Positions 48,028 to 59,244 of a stretch of 64,000 bases of DNA are shown piece by piece. The notes under the pieces were generated by a model, which was not told where the DNA came from, did no database searches, and saw only the letters and a list, made by a program, of their open reading frames with translations. A program made the translations under genes and the position numbers. Positions within the stretch are counted from its first letter, which is position 1. The number at the start of each line of letters is the position of its first letter. The DNA is from Sarea resinae (taxonomy: Eukaryota), in the NCBI GenBank assembly GCA_026026165.1, contig JAPEUD010000022.1, positions 124,001 to 188,000 on the forward strand, in the 5' to 3' direction.

Positions 48028-49559
48028 TTAGATGAGATCTGGAGGCTGTCAGTGACGTCTCGGATATACTATCGGGTTGACACTTACCGGCAACGTTCAT
48101 TGGCATCTCCTCAATTTGAGTGCTGTAGAACTGCTCGATTTCTCTCATCATGCGCACATCGTCAGCGGTAACGAAGTTGATGGCAACACCCTTTCGTCCG
48201 AAACGACCACCACGACCAATACGATGGATGTAGTTCTCGCGGTTGGCGGGAAGATCGTAGTTGATGACCAGGGAAACTTGCTGGACATCGATACCACGGG
48301 CGAGCAGGTCAGTGGCGATCAGGACACGGGAAGATCCAGAACGGAACTCCTTCATAATCAGATCACGCTGAGCTTGGTCCATATCTCCGTGCATGGCAGA
48401 GACGGTGAAGTCACGAGCGGTGAGCTTGTCGGTAAGCCAGTCGACCTTTCTCCGGGTGTTGCAGAAGATGACAGCCTGGGTGATGGTAACAGTCTCGTAA
48501 AGATCCGAGAGGGTGTCGAGCTTCCAGTCTTCCTTCTCAACAGCAATGTAGAACTGCTTGATACCCTCGAGGGTGAGTTCGGCCTTCTTGACAAGAATGC
48601 GGACGGGGTCGCGCATGAACTTGGTGGTGACCTCGAGCACGTCCTGGGGCATGGTAGCCGAGAGAAGGACGACCTGAGTAGATTGGGGCAGAAGTTGGAA
48701 GATGTCGTAGATTTGCTCAGTGAAACCACGCTGATCGAAGAGTTAGTGCTGGAAACCAAGGTGGTGGCTGTCGAGTCTTACAGAAAGCATCTCGTCGGCC
48801 TCATCGAGGACGAACATCTTCATGGCATCGGTCTTGAGGACACGACGCTGGATCATATCCTGGACACGACCAGGAGTGCCAACGACGACTTGAGGGCCAT
48901 CTTGGAGAGCCTTCATGTCATCACGAACGCTGGTACCGCCAATGCAGGCGTGGCACTCGACGTTCATGAAGTCGCCGATGGCGACAACGACCTTTTGAAT
49001 CTGTTGAGCCAACTCGCGAGTGGGAGCGAGGATCAGAGCCTGGCAGGCCTTGATGTTGGGGTCAAGCTTTTGCAGGACCGAGATGGAGAAGGTAGCGGTC
49101 TTGCCGGTACCAGATTGAGCCTGAGCGATGACATCGTGGCCTGCAACACATATGAGATGGTCATCCGAGATGGGGAAAGAGAAAGTCAAGCTTACCCTTG
49201 ATGACGGGCATGATGGCACGCTGCTGGATAGCAGACGGACGCTCGAAACCGTAGGCGTAGACACCTGGAGCGTGTTAGCGAACATTAAATCATTCAGGCA
49301 AGATGCCGGTTTCAATCCTCATACCTCGGAGCAGCTCAGGCTTGAGAGCCATCGAATCGAAGGAGTCGATGGTCTCATCGTAGTTAGACTCGATTTGACC
49401 TGGAGAAAAGAAGAGAAAAATCAGCACAGATGTCTGGCAAACTCATGTCGCCGCCGTGCGCTCGATCGGCATCCAAGCCGCCTCCAGAGCATATGCGACG
49501 AGATCGAGGATTCAAAGAGCCTTACCCTCGGGCACCTCCTCGAGACCTTTGTCAGCCAT
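48028..49559 (-). CDS. TIF1: Translation initiation factor eIF4A (DEAD-box helicase)
   Basis: [31 protein letters not shown] and [13 protein letters not shown] motifs; starts [12 protein letters not shown] and ends MNVADLI; five coding introns; strong high-expression codon bias. Confidence 0.98.
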
Positions 49560-50268
49560 GATTGCGGGTTAGGATCGAAAGATCACGAGCTGGGCTCTGT
49601 GATCGTGGAAAGTGGGCTGTAAGTGGGGCGTGGGAGTACGGTAATCTTGGAAAGACCACCGTTACGTTGAAGAGCTTGGATGGCGCTTCCTTCTTGCTGA
49701 AGCCGAGACAGATACCAAGCTCTCGAAGATGAGAGCTGAAGACACTGAAGTGGTGGTGAGATGGGTTGGTGGATGGGGTTGAAATGGAAGATGTTGTGTG
49801 AAGTCAAGTGAGAGAGGTCAGAGGTAAGTGGAGGTGAAGACTTCTTTACTTGGTGTGTGGTCGAGGTCGGAAGATTCTCAAAAATTGTCAAACTAGTGCC
49901 GCCATGAGCACGCTAAGCCGGATCGGGCCACCGACTCTGCAAATTCACACGATCGAATCAAGGAAAGCGAAAAGATGGAAAGGCGCACTTTTCACTGCTG
50001 TAGCACTAGAGTGTCGACTGCGAGACTCGCCCGTGGATGCGTGCATGATGATGATGATCATGATAATATCCTCATTAGGGTGGTATGTACGGAGCACATC
50101 AGGCTGTGAATGACACGAAGGACCTTTCAAGCATCAAACTGCGTACAGTGATTTTCATTCGGACGGATAGCCTACCCGTTGCCGCCTCAGGAAGAGGGCA
50201 CAACAACAAAGAGACGCCCGTCTAGGAGTAGAGCATCACCAGACAAAGCGCGACAGACAACGACCATC

Positions 50269-52129
50269 ATGGCGCCCTCTGCAGTGCCCATCGACGGCTT
50301 TGGCTTTGGAGGCCTGACCGAGTCTGCCCAGTTGCCCCCAACTGCCAAGCTAGCAAACATCGGACTGAGTGTGGACGAAACAGCAGTCACCGTACCGCCG
50401 CATCCGCTAGGAATCAAGCCCTCGGGCAACGCCTACACGGCGTCGCAGAACCTCAAGTCGGCTTGTCCAGGCTTCTCCAGCCTGACGGACGACCTGATCA
50501 TCCAGATCCTCGAGTTCTGTGACGACTCCTCGTTGCTGCGGCTGGGCGCAACCTGCAAGGCCCTTTACGCTTTTACGAGGTTCGATGAGTTGTGGAAGGC
50601 TTTGTTTCTCGAGTATATCTCCCTTTTCTTTACCGTGGTCTTGGACACTCTCTTGTGCGTTTCATTTGTTTCCTTGGGAAATAGAAGCGAAGTGGAGAAA
50701 AGGCAATCACAATGTGTGGACATAGAGGCCCCAGGGCATATAATAAAAACCAATGCATTCTTTTGCTGCAATTGAACGAGCAAGTTTCTGAACTATCTTC
50801 TGCGAATAATGCTGAGCCAGTGCGTCTGCAGGAAGAACCCCTCCGATTTCACCTGGTTAGGAACATGGCGAAACACCTATCTCTCCCTCCCTCCGTGCCA
50901 CACATCCCATATCCCATGCACGAACCTCTTCTCCGATGCCCTCCATCGCCCCTTCTTCTGCGCCCATACCCCCCTGACACCCTACGTAACCAATATCCCA
51001 CCCCAGAACCAAATCGCACGTCTCTCGAACCTCTCCCTCGAGTCCTTCACCGCCGACTGGAGCGACAAACCCTTCATCCTCACTGACCCCGTACAGCAAT
51101 GGCCCGTCTACAGACAGTGGTCCGTGGAAACGCTGTTGGACCGATATCGGGATGTGAAATTCATCGCCGAGGCCGTAGAGTGGACCATGAAGGACTACCT
51201 CGACTATATGAACAATAGCAGCGACGAGAGCCCGCTGTATCTGTTTGACCGACGATTCGTGCAAACCATGGGTCTCACGGTCGGTGAGACAGAAGGTGCA
51301 GATTATTGGATCCCAGAGTGTTTCGGAGAAGACCTGTTCTCCGTCCTAGGTCTACAGAGGCCTCATGACAGGTGGCTGATTATCGGGCCCGAGAGAAGCG
51401 GCAGTACATTTCATAAGGATCCAAATGCTACAAGGTAAGTACTCAATTTCCTGTATGACATTGTGAGGTCTGCTCATCAGCATCAGCGCATGGAATGCAG
51501 TCATTCGCGGCGCGAAGTACTGGATCATGTTCCCTGGCACCCCAACATCGCCTCTCCCACCCGGCGTATTCGTCTCCTCCGACCAAAGCGAAGTTACTAG
51601 CCCCTTGAGCATCGCAGAGTGGCTGCTCGGCTTCCATTCCGAAGCTCGCAGAATGAAAGGCTGTATAGAAGGAATCTGTGGTGAGGGAGAGGTGCTGCAC
51701 GTTCCCTCTGGTGAGGCTCTCTTCCCTGTGCCTAAAGACTTGATCTTTCTTCCTCAATCTGAAAGAGCTTGACTGACTTTGAGGACAGGGTGGTGGCATT
51801 TGGTAGTCAACATTGCACCTTCGATCGCCATAACCCAGAACTTCATCCCTCGTGCTCATCTTCCTGCTGCGTTGTCGTTCCTCAAAGACAAGCCGGACCA
51901 AGTTTCCGGGTTCAGTGAAAACGTCAAAAATCAATACGAATTGTTTGTGCAGCGAATGCGCGAGCAACACCCGAACATTCTTGAGGAAGGCATTGAGAAG
52001 CTGAACAGAATGAAGGAGGGCCGAAAGAGGAAGTGGGAAGAGCTTATCAAGAACGACTCGCCTGACCACGAAGCAAGAGGGGGATTTAGTTTTGGCTTCG
52101 GGGACGATGATTTAGAGGATGTGCCATAA
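50269..52129 (+). CDS. F-box plus JmjC-domain protein (JMJD6-like 2OG oxygenase)
   Basis: F-box-like LTDDLIIQILEF...LLRLGATCKALY; JmjC motifs DESPLYLFD, RWLIIGPERSGSTFHKDPN (HxD), VPSGWWHLVVN (distal His), AITQNF. Three introns. Confidence 0.92.
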
Positions 52130-52434
52130 CTCTGGCGTGCTTAGACACCTTCCGAGATTGTACATAGCTGTTCCGAACAGCGAGTAAAATGAACAACCCC
52201 AACATATAAATAAAAGTTTGAAGTTCAGATCCTTAACATGGCCCAGAGCATAAGGAATGCTTAGCTGAAGCAGTGTTGAGAAGAGTCTTTGAATGCAATG
52301 ATCCATGAGAAAGCATCACACTCTAGAGATAGCGTCCTATAACTCCGAAATTCATGTCTTCATTAATTAGACCAATGGTGGCTTGCGACTGCTCTTCTCC
52401 AAGTAGCTATCAATTCCTCGCCGATCGATTCGGG

Positions 52435-53230
52435 TCAATGACAAGCCACGCTCTTCGTTGGGCTGGAATTGCCCCAAATCAAGTACCCTACGAACGCCCC
52501 AACCGCTACTGAAAGCATAACCCAACCATTGTATGTCATGAAAAGCAGCCTAGAGATGCGTATCGAACCGTCAGTGGCGCTTTTATTCCCAGCCGTTGAC
52601 ACATCTGTCGCGCGAACGACCCAAAGATGGGGTACTCACATGATGAAGAAGCTATAGAAGACTTGCACAGCATACAAAGCTGCCTTGACCACCCTTTTCG
52701 TCCTCTCCACTTCCTTTGCGTTCCTCCCTGGCCAAAGTAATGAGCTCGATTCTCCAGATTCTCCAGCATCGTCTTGTAAAATCACACACTCTCAGTGAGC
52801 CATCCGAGTGCACAGTACATAAACAAAAAGAGCTAGAAAAGTATGCCGTGGCGTCTTTCTTGCTCATACAGCACAACATAAAAATAGAAACATGATTGAT
52901 GTGGAAGCTTACTTGGTAGATTGATGACCTGCTCATCGGAGGCCAGTTCATAGCGCCGTGAGAGCTCGCGCACAAATTCGTAGCCGGCCGTCAGTAGGAC
53001 AACGCCTAGGAGGGAGAAGAGCAAGGAGGTGGTGGTCTGGATGTGCCACTGGCGGAAGATGATACAGAGGTTGTTCGTATCCCAGGTGAACAGCATCTGG
53101 TGGAAGATTCGCATCAGTAATGAAGCTGTACGATCGACCGATCGTAGTTGAGCTGGCGGGGAATAGCTACATTCATGTTGCACATCGGCCCTGAAGGCAT
53201 ATCGCCATGATGCATATGGCCGTGATCCAT
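52435..53230 (-). CDS. CTR2: Ctr-family copper transporter, Ctr2 (vacuolar/low-affinity) type
   Basis: N-terminus MDHGHMHHGDMPSGPMCNMN then MLFTWDTNNLCIIFRQWHI; MLLFMTYNG (MxxxM) across an intron; GAFVG; C-terminal ACH. Three introns. Confidence 0.92.
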
Positions 53231-54158
53231 CGCAGATATTGGGATTCAGAGAAATCGCACCAAAGTTCGCAGTCTTGAGCAGCTGCTCTGAATATAGCGG
53301 ATGAAGATTATAAGAAGAGCTGGCGAGGGACAGGCGATCTGGGATGATGACAGCTGCATCCGAAGTGTTGTGATAACGTAGCTCAGCTCCAGCTCCAAGG
53401 GACAAGCTGCACGTGATATATTTCCGATTCCACCACAACACCATTTCTCCACCACGAATACTGGTTTGATTCGAGGATCACCGCAGTCCTGCTGATAGTC
53501 CAGTGTTTCGTTCTTATGTATTGGCATTACCTCTTCTCAGGCTATTTTGATTCATAGTAGACAGACAGGTCAAAGAGCTGATAATTTGGAGCCAGGACTG
53601 ATTTCATCATCATGTCTTTGTAAACATTACACGTCCTAAGAAGATCAATCTACTCTGACTAAACTACCAGTTATGCTTCATCATGCTCTTCCCCAAGGGC
53701 TTCGACAAGCGAAACCAATGATGAAAAAATTTATAAAAGTGCTTTAAAAAAGCGTTGCCCGAAGGGCGTTTTCCAAAAATTGTGGGACAGCGGCGGTGCA
53801 CCACCCTGCCCCGGGAGCCCGGATGAGATCTCCCAGATCCATGGATGTCGGGATCCGGTGTTGAATGTCGATTCGCCGATTGTCGAAAGCAGTGAGAGAT
53901 CGAAGAGCGACTGCTATTTTCTTCACAGTCGAGGGGTGATGGGAATCGAGTCCTAAATCGGCAGGTTAGTACAAAAAAGAGCGACCGATATTTTCTTCTC
54001 AGTCGACTAGAGATGACGAGATTCGTAAACGCTTGAGTGCCGTGTACATGCTGCGTTCGCACGATCGATCGAAAGTCGAGGCGGAACTATGTTTGTTGAC
54101 AGAGTCGCTAGTCCGAAAGAATCCATGGAAGACCAAATGGCCGGGCTGGGCAAAAAGC

Positions 54159-54887
54159 TCAGTCGGCCATTGCGAGATCGCCCTGGTCATCCACTTCATC
54201 AGACGGAACGTCGCGAATCCATTTCGTTCGGGGGAAGTGCAACTTCGGGGCCCCGTCCGAGTAGTTCCATCGCCAGAACTCCTGGACCACACCTAGCTCC
54301 GGGTGCCATCGCGTTCGCTTTGGCTTGAATTGATGGAGCTTCGGGTCGATCCAGTAATCGACGAACTTGACCTCCGGGGCCCCCTCGACGAAGGTAACCT
54401 AAATGAATTCAGCCACAATGAATATCATAACAAAAGAATGGGTACGTACCTTCTTCTTAGGGGGGAGGTCGCTGGTGGCCGCGAGAGGACGACTTGCTTC
54501 GATTTGGCTTGGCTGTCGAAGCGCGTCGTAGAACTTGGCTGCTCTCGGGGCAGCAGGCGTAGCGGTAGGCTTCGCGTCGGGGGTGGAAGCACCGGCCTCG
54601 AGAGTGCGACGTGCCTTCGGTTTTGGCAGGCTCTTCGACGACTTGCGAGGTCGAGGAATCGCCTCTGAAGAGACGTCGCGGAATTTGGCTGCTCTCGGGG
54701 CGGCAGGAGTAGGAGGAAGACGATTGGCGTGTCTCCTGCGTCGGCGGCGAGGGATCTCTTGCTTCGGCACGCCTTGCTGGATACCCAGCCAGGCGACCAG
54801 AGCAAGAGAGGCGATGTCGAGCCCGTAGTCGGTGACCAGGCCCCAAGGGACCGTGGCCACCGCTGCTTTGATGGCTGCGAAGGACAT
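54159..54887 (-). CDS. Orphan hypothetical protein (225 aa) with RVxF-like motif
   Basis: Exon 54887-54450 (146 codons), 51-nt GTACGT..TAG intron, exon 54398-54159 (80 codons including stop) join in phase 0. TATATAAA lies about 210 nt upstream. Confidence 0.7.
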
Positions 54888-55097
54888 CTCAAATCGACTT
54901 GGTGAAGGAAGTCGTGAGGAAAGGGATGAAAAGAGATGAAAGAGTTGATATCGAAGGGATAAAGCAAGAAAGTTGTTATGGAATCAGAAAGCAAGTATGG
55001 TTTACGATAAAAGCGTGGCAATGTGTGAGCAGAGTACGCAGTATGGTAGACCATGGAGAGGGAAGAAAGAAAGGATCGCGACGGCGGGGGCAGGCTG

Positions 55098-55105
55098 TTT
55101 ATATA
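55098..55105 (-). promoter_or_regulatory. TATA box of the orphan gene at 54887
   Basis: TATATAAA on the minus strand followed by a pyrimidine-rich leader. Confidence 0.6.
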
Positions 55106-55429
55106 GTACGCTGGCGGTCGCCTGGCACGACTACATCCGCTAAGCCAGACTGTGAATGACTGAGTTGGGAAGACGTGAAGTGAATGATGAGCTTCGATTT
55201 GTTTTGTAAACATAAGGGGAATGGTTCCTTCTGGGGAAGGGACATAGAACATTCACTGACCCGGCCCTCTCGCGACTTCCTCCAGTATAACGAACATCAA
55301 GAACCTCGCTTTGCGAGGGACACCTCTCCAAACCCCCAAAACACTGCCTTGCCAAAGGGAGATGTGGCCGACGCTGCTGAACGTGGCCAAAATGTGCCCT
55401 CCGAGTCATAACTCTCCTTGCAATTCTTC

Positions 55430-56564
55430 CTAGATTTTCGCTGCCTTGACCAGATCCTCCGTTTTCAGCTCATCTGAAGCACTCCTTTTTGCACTCATCT
55501 TACCAGTCTTCCGCAACCTCTTGATCATATCCTCGTCTCCAAAATGGCTGTTGTGTTCAAATTCCGGATCCTCTGCATGTGCCAACCTAGCAGCATCCAC
55601 CAGGATCCTCGCGGTCATTCCGAATACCCTGTACCGAGTCAATTGCCCGGGTTCGCGGACGACTCCCGGTTTTTCTATTATGTCTTTCCGCCTTTTGCTT
55701 TTTGATTTCGGCTTTGTGACAGGATGGCCCGTTACAGGGACATAGAAATGATGCATCCGCCAAGGTGCCTCATGCCACTCAGTCCAGCTACCTTCGTACC
55801 ATCCTGAGGGGTTGTTGACAGAGCCTTCGTCGCCTTCCTGCAGTATTTCATCTCTCTCCTTCAAGAAATTATGAAAAGGGGCTGAGAATACCGCAGCAAC
55901 CTCTTTAGCATCTAACCTTGGCATTAAGGCCTCCTCTGCATTCACGTCGGAGTTGACTGCTTCTTCCTTCGGATGCAAGAAAGCCACGCATGGTCTCACC
56001 CCAAGCTCTGTCCGTGCCAGATAAGTCGGAAGCTCACAGATGTGCTCCATATAAAATGGCTCCGGGAGCTTGGCATCATCATTTGGAAGGCCTATCTCCT
56101 CAAATGCCTCGCGACGAGCGGTCTGGAAGGCCGACTCTTGGAGGAAATCTGCTTTACCTTGAGCATTGTCAGTATGCTGTCTCAACAGTACGTGTCTTCT
56201 GCTCACCTCCCGGCAGTGCAGCTTGTCCAGGGTCTTCTACTCCGTCAGCTTCGACGTCAAATCCCACCGAGAAAATGATTTAAAGCAGTCATGCAAGTCC
56301 ACGGAGAAATACATGATTTGAGCGTGCTTGCACGCATGGTGAGCACTACCCTCAAGTCACCCCGTCGGTCGGCAAAAAGCAACAACAGCACTGCCGCCCT
56401 CCTGGCAAGGGGCAGAGATGGCCATGCTGATGCTGGTGGAGTATAAGCACGCAAGCGTGCTATTGCTTGCTGAAGTTATTGTTAATCAAGAACATTGATG
56501 CATGATATGAGAAATCTAATTCAGGATCGCGACTCACCATGGATGCCGCGGACAGAGGCGCCAT
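55430..56564 (-). CDS. PCD1: Peroxisomal CoA diphosphatase, Nudix family (Pcd1/NUDT7-like)
   Basis: Spliced LTMRASTLKSYPGQAALPGG motif directly before the Nudix box GGKADFLQESAFQTARREAFEEIGL; VFGMTARIL; C-terminal AKI resembles PTS1. Three introns. Confidence 0.9.
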
Positions 56565-57234
56565 TCGCTATGAAATCAGATGATGGTCTTCTACCTCTGC
56601 TCCGTTTCTTCAGATCATATGAGGTTCCAAGGTGTCCTAGAAGCTATGCATTCTTTTTGGAAGCTTTAAGGTGACGTTGTAAGATGCCGTATTCGGTAAG
56701 GGCCTGGCGTTTTGCCGAGGCATGATGTGCATGGCCGGTGCGGTCCAGCCCCAGATTCGGCTTAAAGATCAAACTCGTTGCTCCCCCATCAGTGTCTTTC
56801 CCCCGTTATAGTCTAATCCCCCTTTCCAATTCCGCAGCAGAACATGGCCTCGCGTTACTGATTTGATGATTTGAGCCTTGACAGCATCTGCTCACCTACA
56901 TATTCATTGTCTACATCCATGTATCTAGTTTCCTTTCCTTGAGGCTATCTTTACCGGAACCGGCCATTTCGACTTTTTTCTTCGAGTCACGAGCTAAGTA
57001 TTTTCTTTGTGTGGGATTCCATGAGAGCAGAGATGGCCACTTACTTATCAGCTTCGTCCATGACACTCATTCGAAGACTAAGCCATGCGCTATGCATGAG
57101 CGTTTCTTTGTCTTGCTTTCTCACCTCCATTCTGATACTGTATCACCAAGTCATGTCATCTACTATGCTTTTCTCTCGCCTTCAAATACAAAAGGACGGT
57201 CTCCTTGGTTTGAGCATTCTGTTCTGTAAGAACA

Positions 57235-58485
57235 ATGTTGTCTTTTCGTGACTCGCAGCAGACCCGGCGGTATTTTGACCACAGTGGATCATCTTCTTCT
57301 ATCTCGGGCTTGGAAATCCCATCTTTCCAAACTTTCTCGAATTCTTCTTTGAAATACGTGACAAAGCCTCTGCCTCCAGTTCCTCGAAGAGCGTCCAGCG
57401 TTTACAGCGAGGAAGAAAAAATAATAGATTCCTACGCCATGCCTTCGGATGCCGATCTGCCGACCCTGCCGCAGACTTTCTATTCTCAGCCCAAACCGCA
57501 TAGTCTGAGTACTTCTCAGCTACCTTTGGAGGCCCCTCAGAAGTTTGATTTCTATGCTCAGAAGAAGCACTCTTCTGCTTTGTTGAAGACGCACGCCCAG
57601 AGTTCTCCCGCACCGTTAGTGCGGGAACACAACGGACACTGCTCCGAGTACTGGAATCCAGGTCAAAGGGAGGCACTCCGAGCATTCCCGGACGAATTTT
57701 CCAAAAGAGAATATAGGCTTGCTCAACGAGAAAAGGCCTTGCAATTGTCTCGGAGCTATCATTCTTTGATAAACCCACCACGGCGATCTGAATCCCCACC
57801 TAATGTGAAGGCTGTCCCATATGACGATGGAGAGAAGCAGCACTATACACGTCGACCAAAGGAAGCGCCAGTATCCCCACGACGGCCTCAGAGATCTCTA
57901 CCTTCTCGCGAATCGACAACGAAAGATAGCCAAATGAGCTTTTTTGATTTCGAGTCCGAAGATGAAAGCCCCCTCCCCGGACGGCGCGAGACACTTGCAA
58001 ATCGATTGCGGAATTCGAAGGCTTCCTTTATGAATGTCGACCCTAAAAACGCAGGAAGTATTGTTCAGAATTCTGCCAAGCTTTCCAAGATGCTCAACCC
58101 GACCAATCTCCGGCAAGATCCAATGGATCGATGGTCACGGAGACAAGGAAGGAGGTTCACGGCTGCGTATCCAGAGAAATCCAAGTCCACTATGGAGTTA
58201 TCTCTGGACCCTTATACGCGGAGAAGATATCCAGCTGCCGAGGAAGAAGACGATTGGGACGGTCGGCCACATCCTCAGAGGCTGTCCATGGCCATGCACC
58301 AATCCAAGGATCGAATTGCATCTGTACTCCACAATGGCGGCCAACACATGAGGGAGGTGATAGAGAGTTCATGGGAAAGAGTCGCGAATACAAAGGCACA
58401 GAGGAGGAAGGCACGGTTGAAGAAGAGTATCCGAGTGGTAGATGGAATACCCCCGTATGTCACCGAGCCGGGCTATTACCTGTAG
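57235..58485 (+). CDS. Hypothetical disordered protein (416 aa)
   Basis: Single 416-codon ATG-initiated ORF; S/P/R-rich; KPLPPVPRRASSVYS near the N-terminus and a basic helix AQRRKARLKKSIRVV near the C-terminus. Confidence 0.7.
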   Translation: MLSFRDSQQTRRYFDHSGSSSSISGLEIPSFQTFSNSSLKYVTKPLPPVPRRASSVYSEEEKIIDSYAMPSDADLPTLPQTFYSQPKPHSLSTSQLPLEAPQKFDFYAQKKHSSALLKTHAQSSPAPLVREHNGHCSEYWNPGQREALRAFPDEFSKREYRLAQREKALQLSRSYHSLINPPRRSESPPNVKAVPYDDGEKQHYTRRPKEAPVSPRRPQRSLPSRESTTKDSQMSFFDFESEDESPLPGRRETLANRLRNSKASFMNVDPKNAGSIVQNSAKLSKMLNPTNLRQDPMDRWSRRQGRRFTAAYPEKSKSTMELSLDPYTRRRYPAAEEEDDWDGRPHPQRLSMAMHQSKDRIASVLHNGGQHMREVIESSWERVANTKAQRRKARLKKSIRVVDGIPPYVTEPGYYL

Positions 58486-59244
58486 ATGGATTGTTTACTC
58501 CCGGGCTTAACTCTTTACGTCCTCGCCCAGACGTACGTGCACCTGAGCATTGATCAGTCCCCAGCGAAACACGCCCATGTTCATAGGAGTAGACTGCTGT
58601 AAGGCATGACTTCATCACTTCACCAAATGCATCTCATCGTGAGGCGGTCAAGGGATCGTTGAATATGCAAACCGTGTACGAAGTACTTCGTACAGACACT
58701 CCCTCCAGATTACGATCCGAGCTGGGGTGATGTGATGGTTGCATTCCCACGGTCGCTGTTGGTGCTTCTGTTGCGCGCTCTTCGCTCTTCGCTTCCCCCA
58801 CCATTCCAGGCACTCCATCCGTCATACGATAAGGACATCCAAGGTGTCCTCGTTTACATACTCTAGAAGGACCGAGCTTCGACAGCTGCCCGTACCTCCC
58901 CCCGCATTTATGGACGAGTGTTCGTAGACCCTTGCAGTTGCCTGCACAGCGCTACATACGTCGTACTCGAGTACTCTAGGTACGGAGTAGGTATCTGTAC
59001 CTGATAGTCGCTGGTATGCCATAGGTCATCACCATGACCGGGCAAGCTTGACCTCCTCCTTGATCATCAACTCAACTCCAAAGCTACTGACCGCCATATT
59101 CTTTGGTCGTCCATCATCTGCGAGAACGCCTCAATTTCATCTATCACTCTAGTATCTCAAGCTTGACGGCTTCTTGCTGCTTTCATAGAAGACTTCAATT
59201 CAATCACTCCCAATTCATTACTCCAATTCATTGTTAAACCAGTC

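Noticed and set aside
48077..49201. 374-aa antisense ORF over eIF4A
   Set aside because: Typical antisense shadow of a highly biased gene; no independent coding signal.
53745..53775. Hairpin plus T-run resembling a bacterial intrinsic terminator (possible HGT sign)
   Set aside because: Only a 4-bp stem; the upstream gene has a spliceosomal intron and TATA box, so this is more likely an ordinary AT-rich 3' end.
55184..55259. ATGATGA...CTGA box C/D-like pair
   Set aside because: No external terminal stem and no rRNA-complementary guide recognised; lies in promoter or 3'-UTR DNA.
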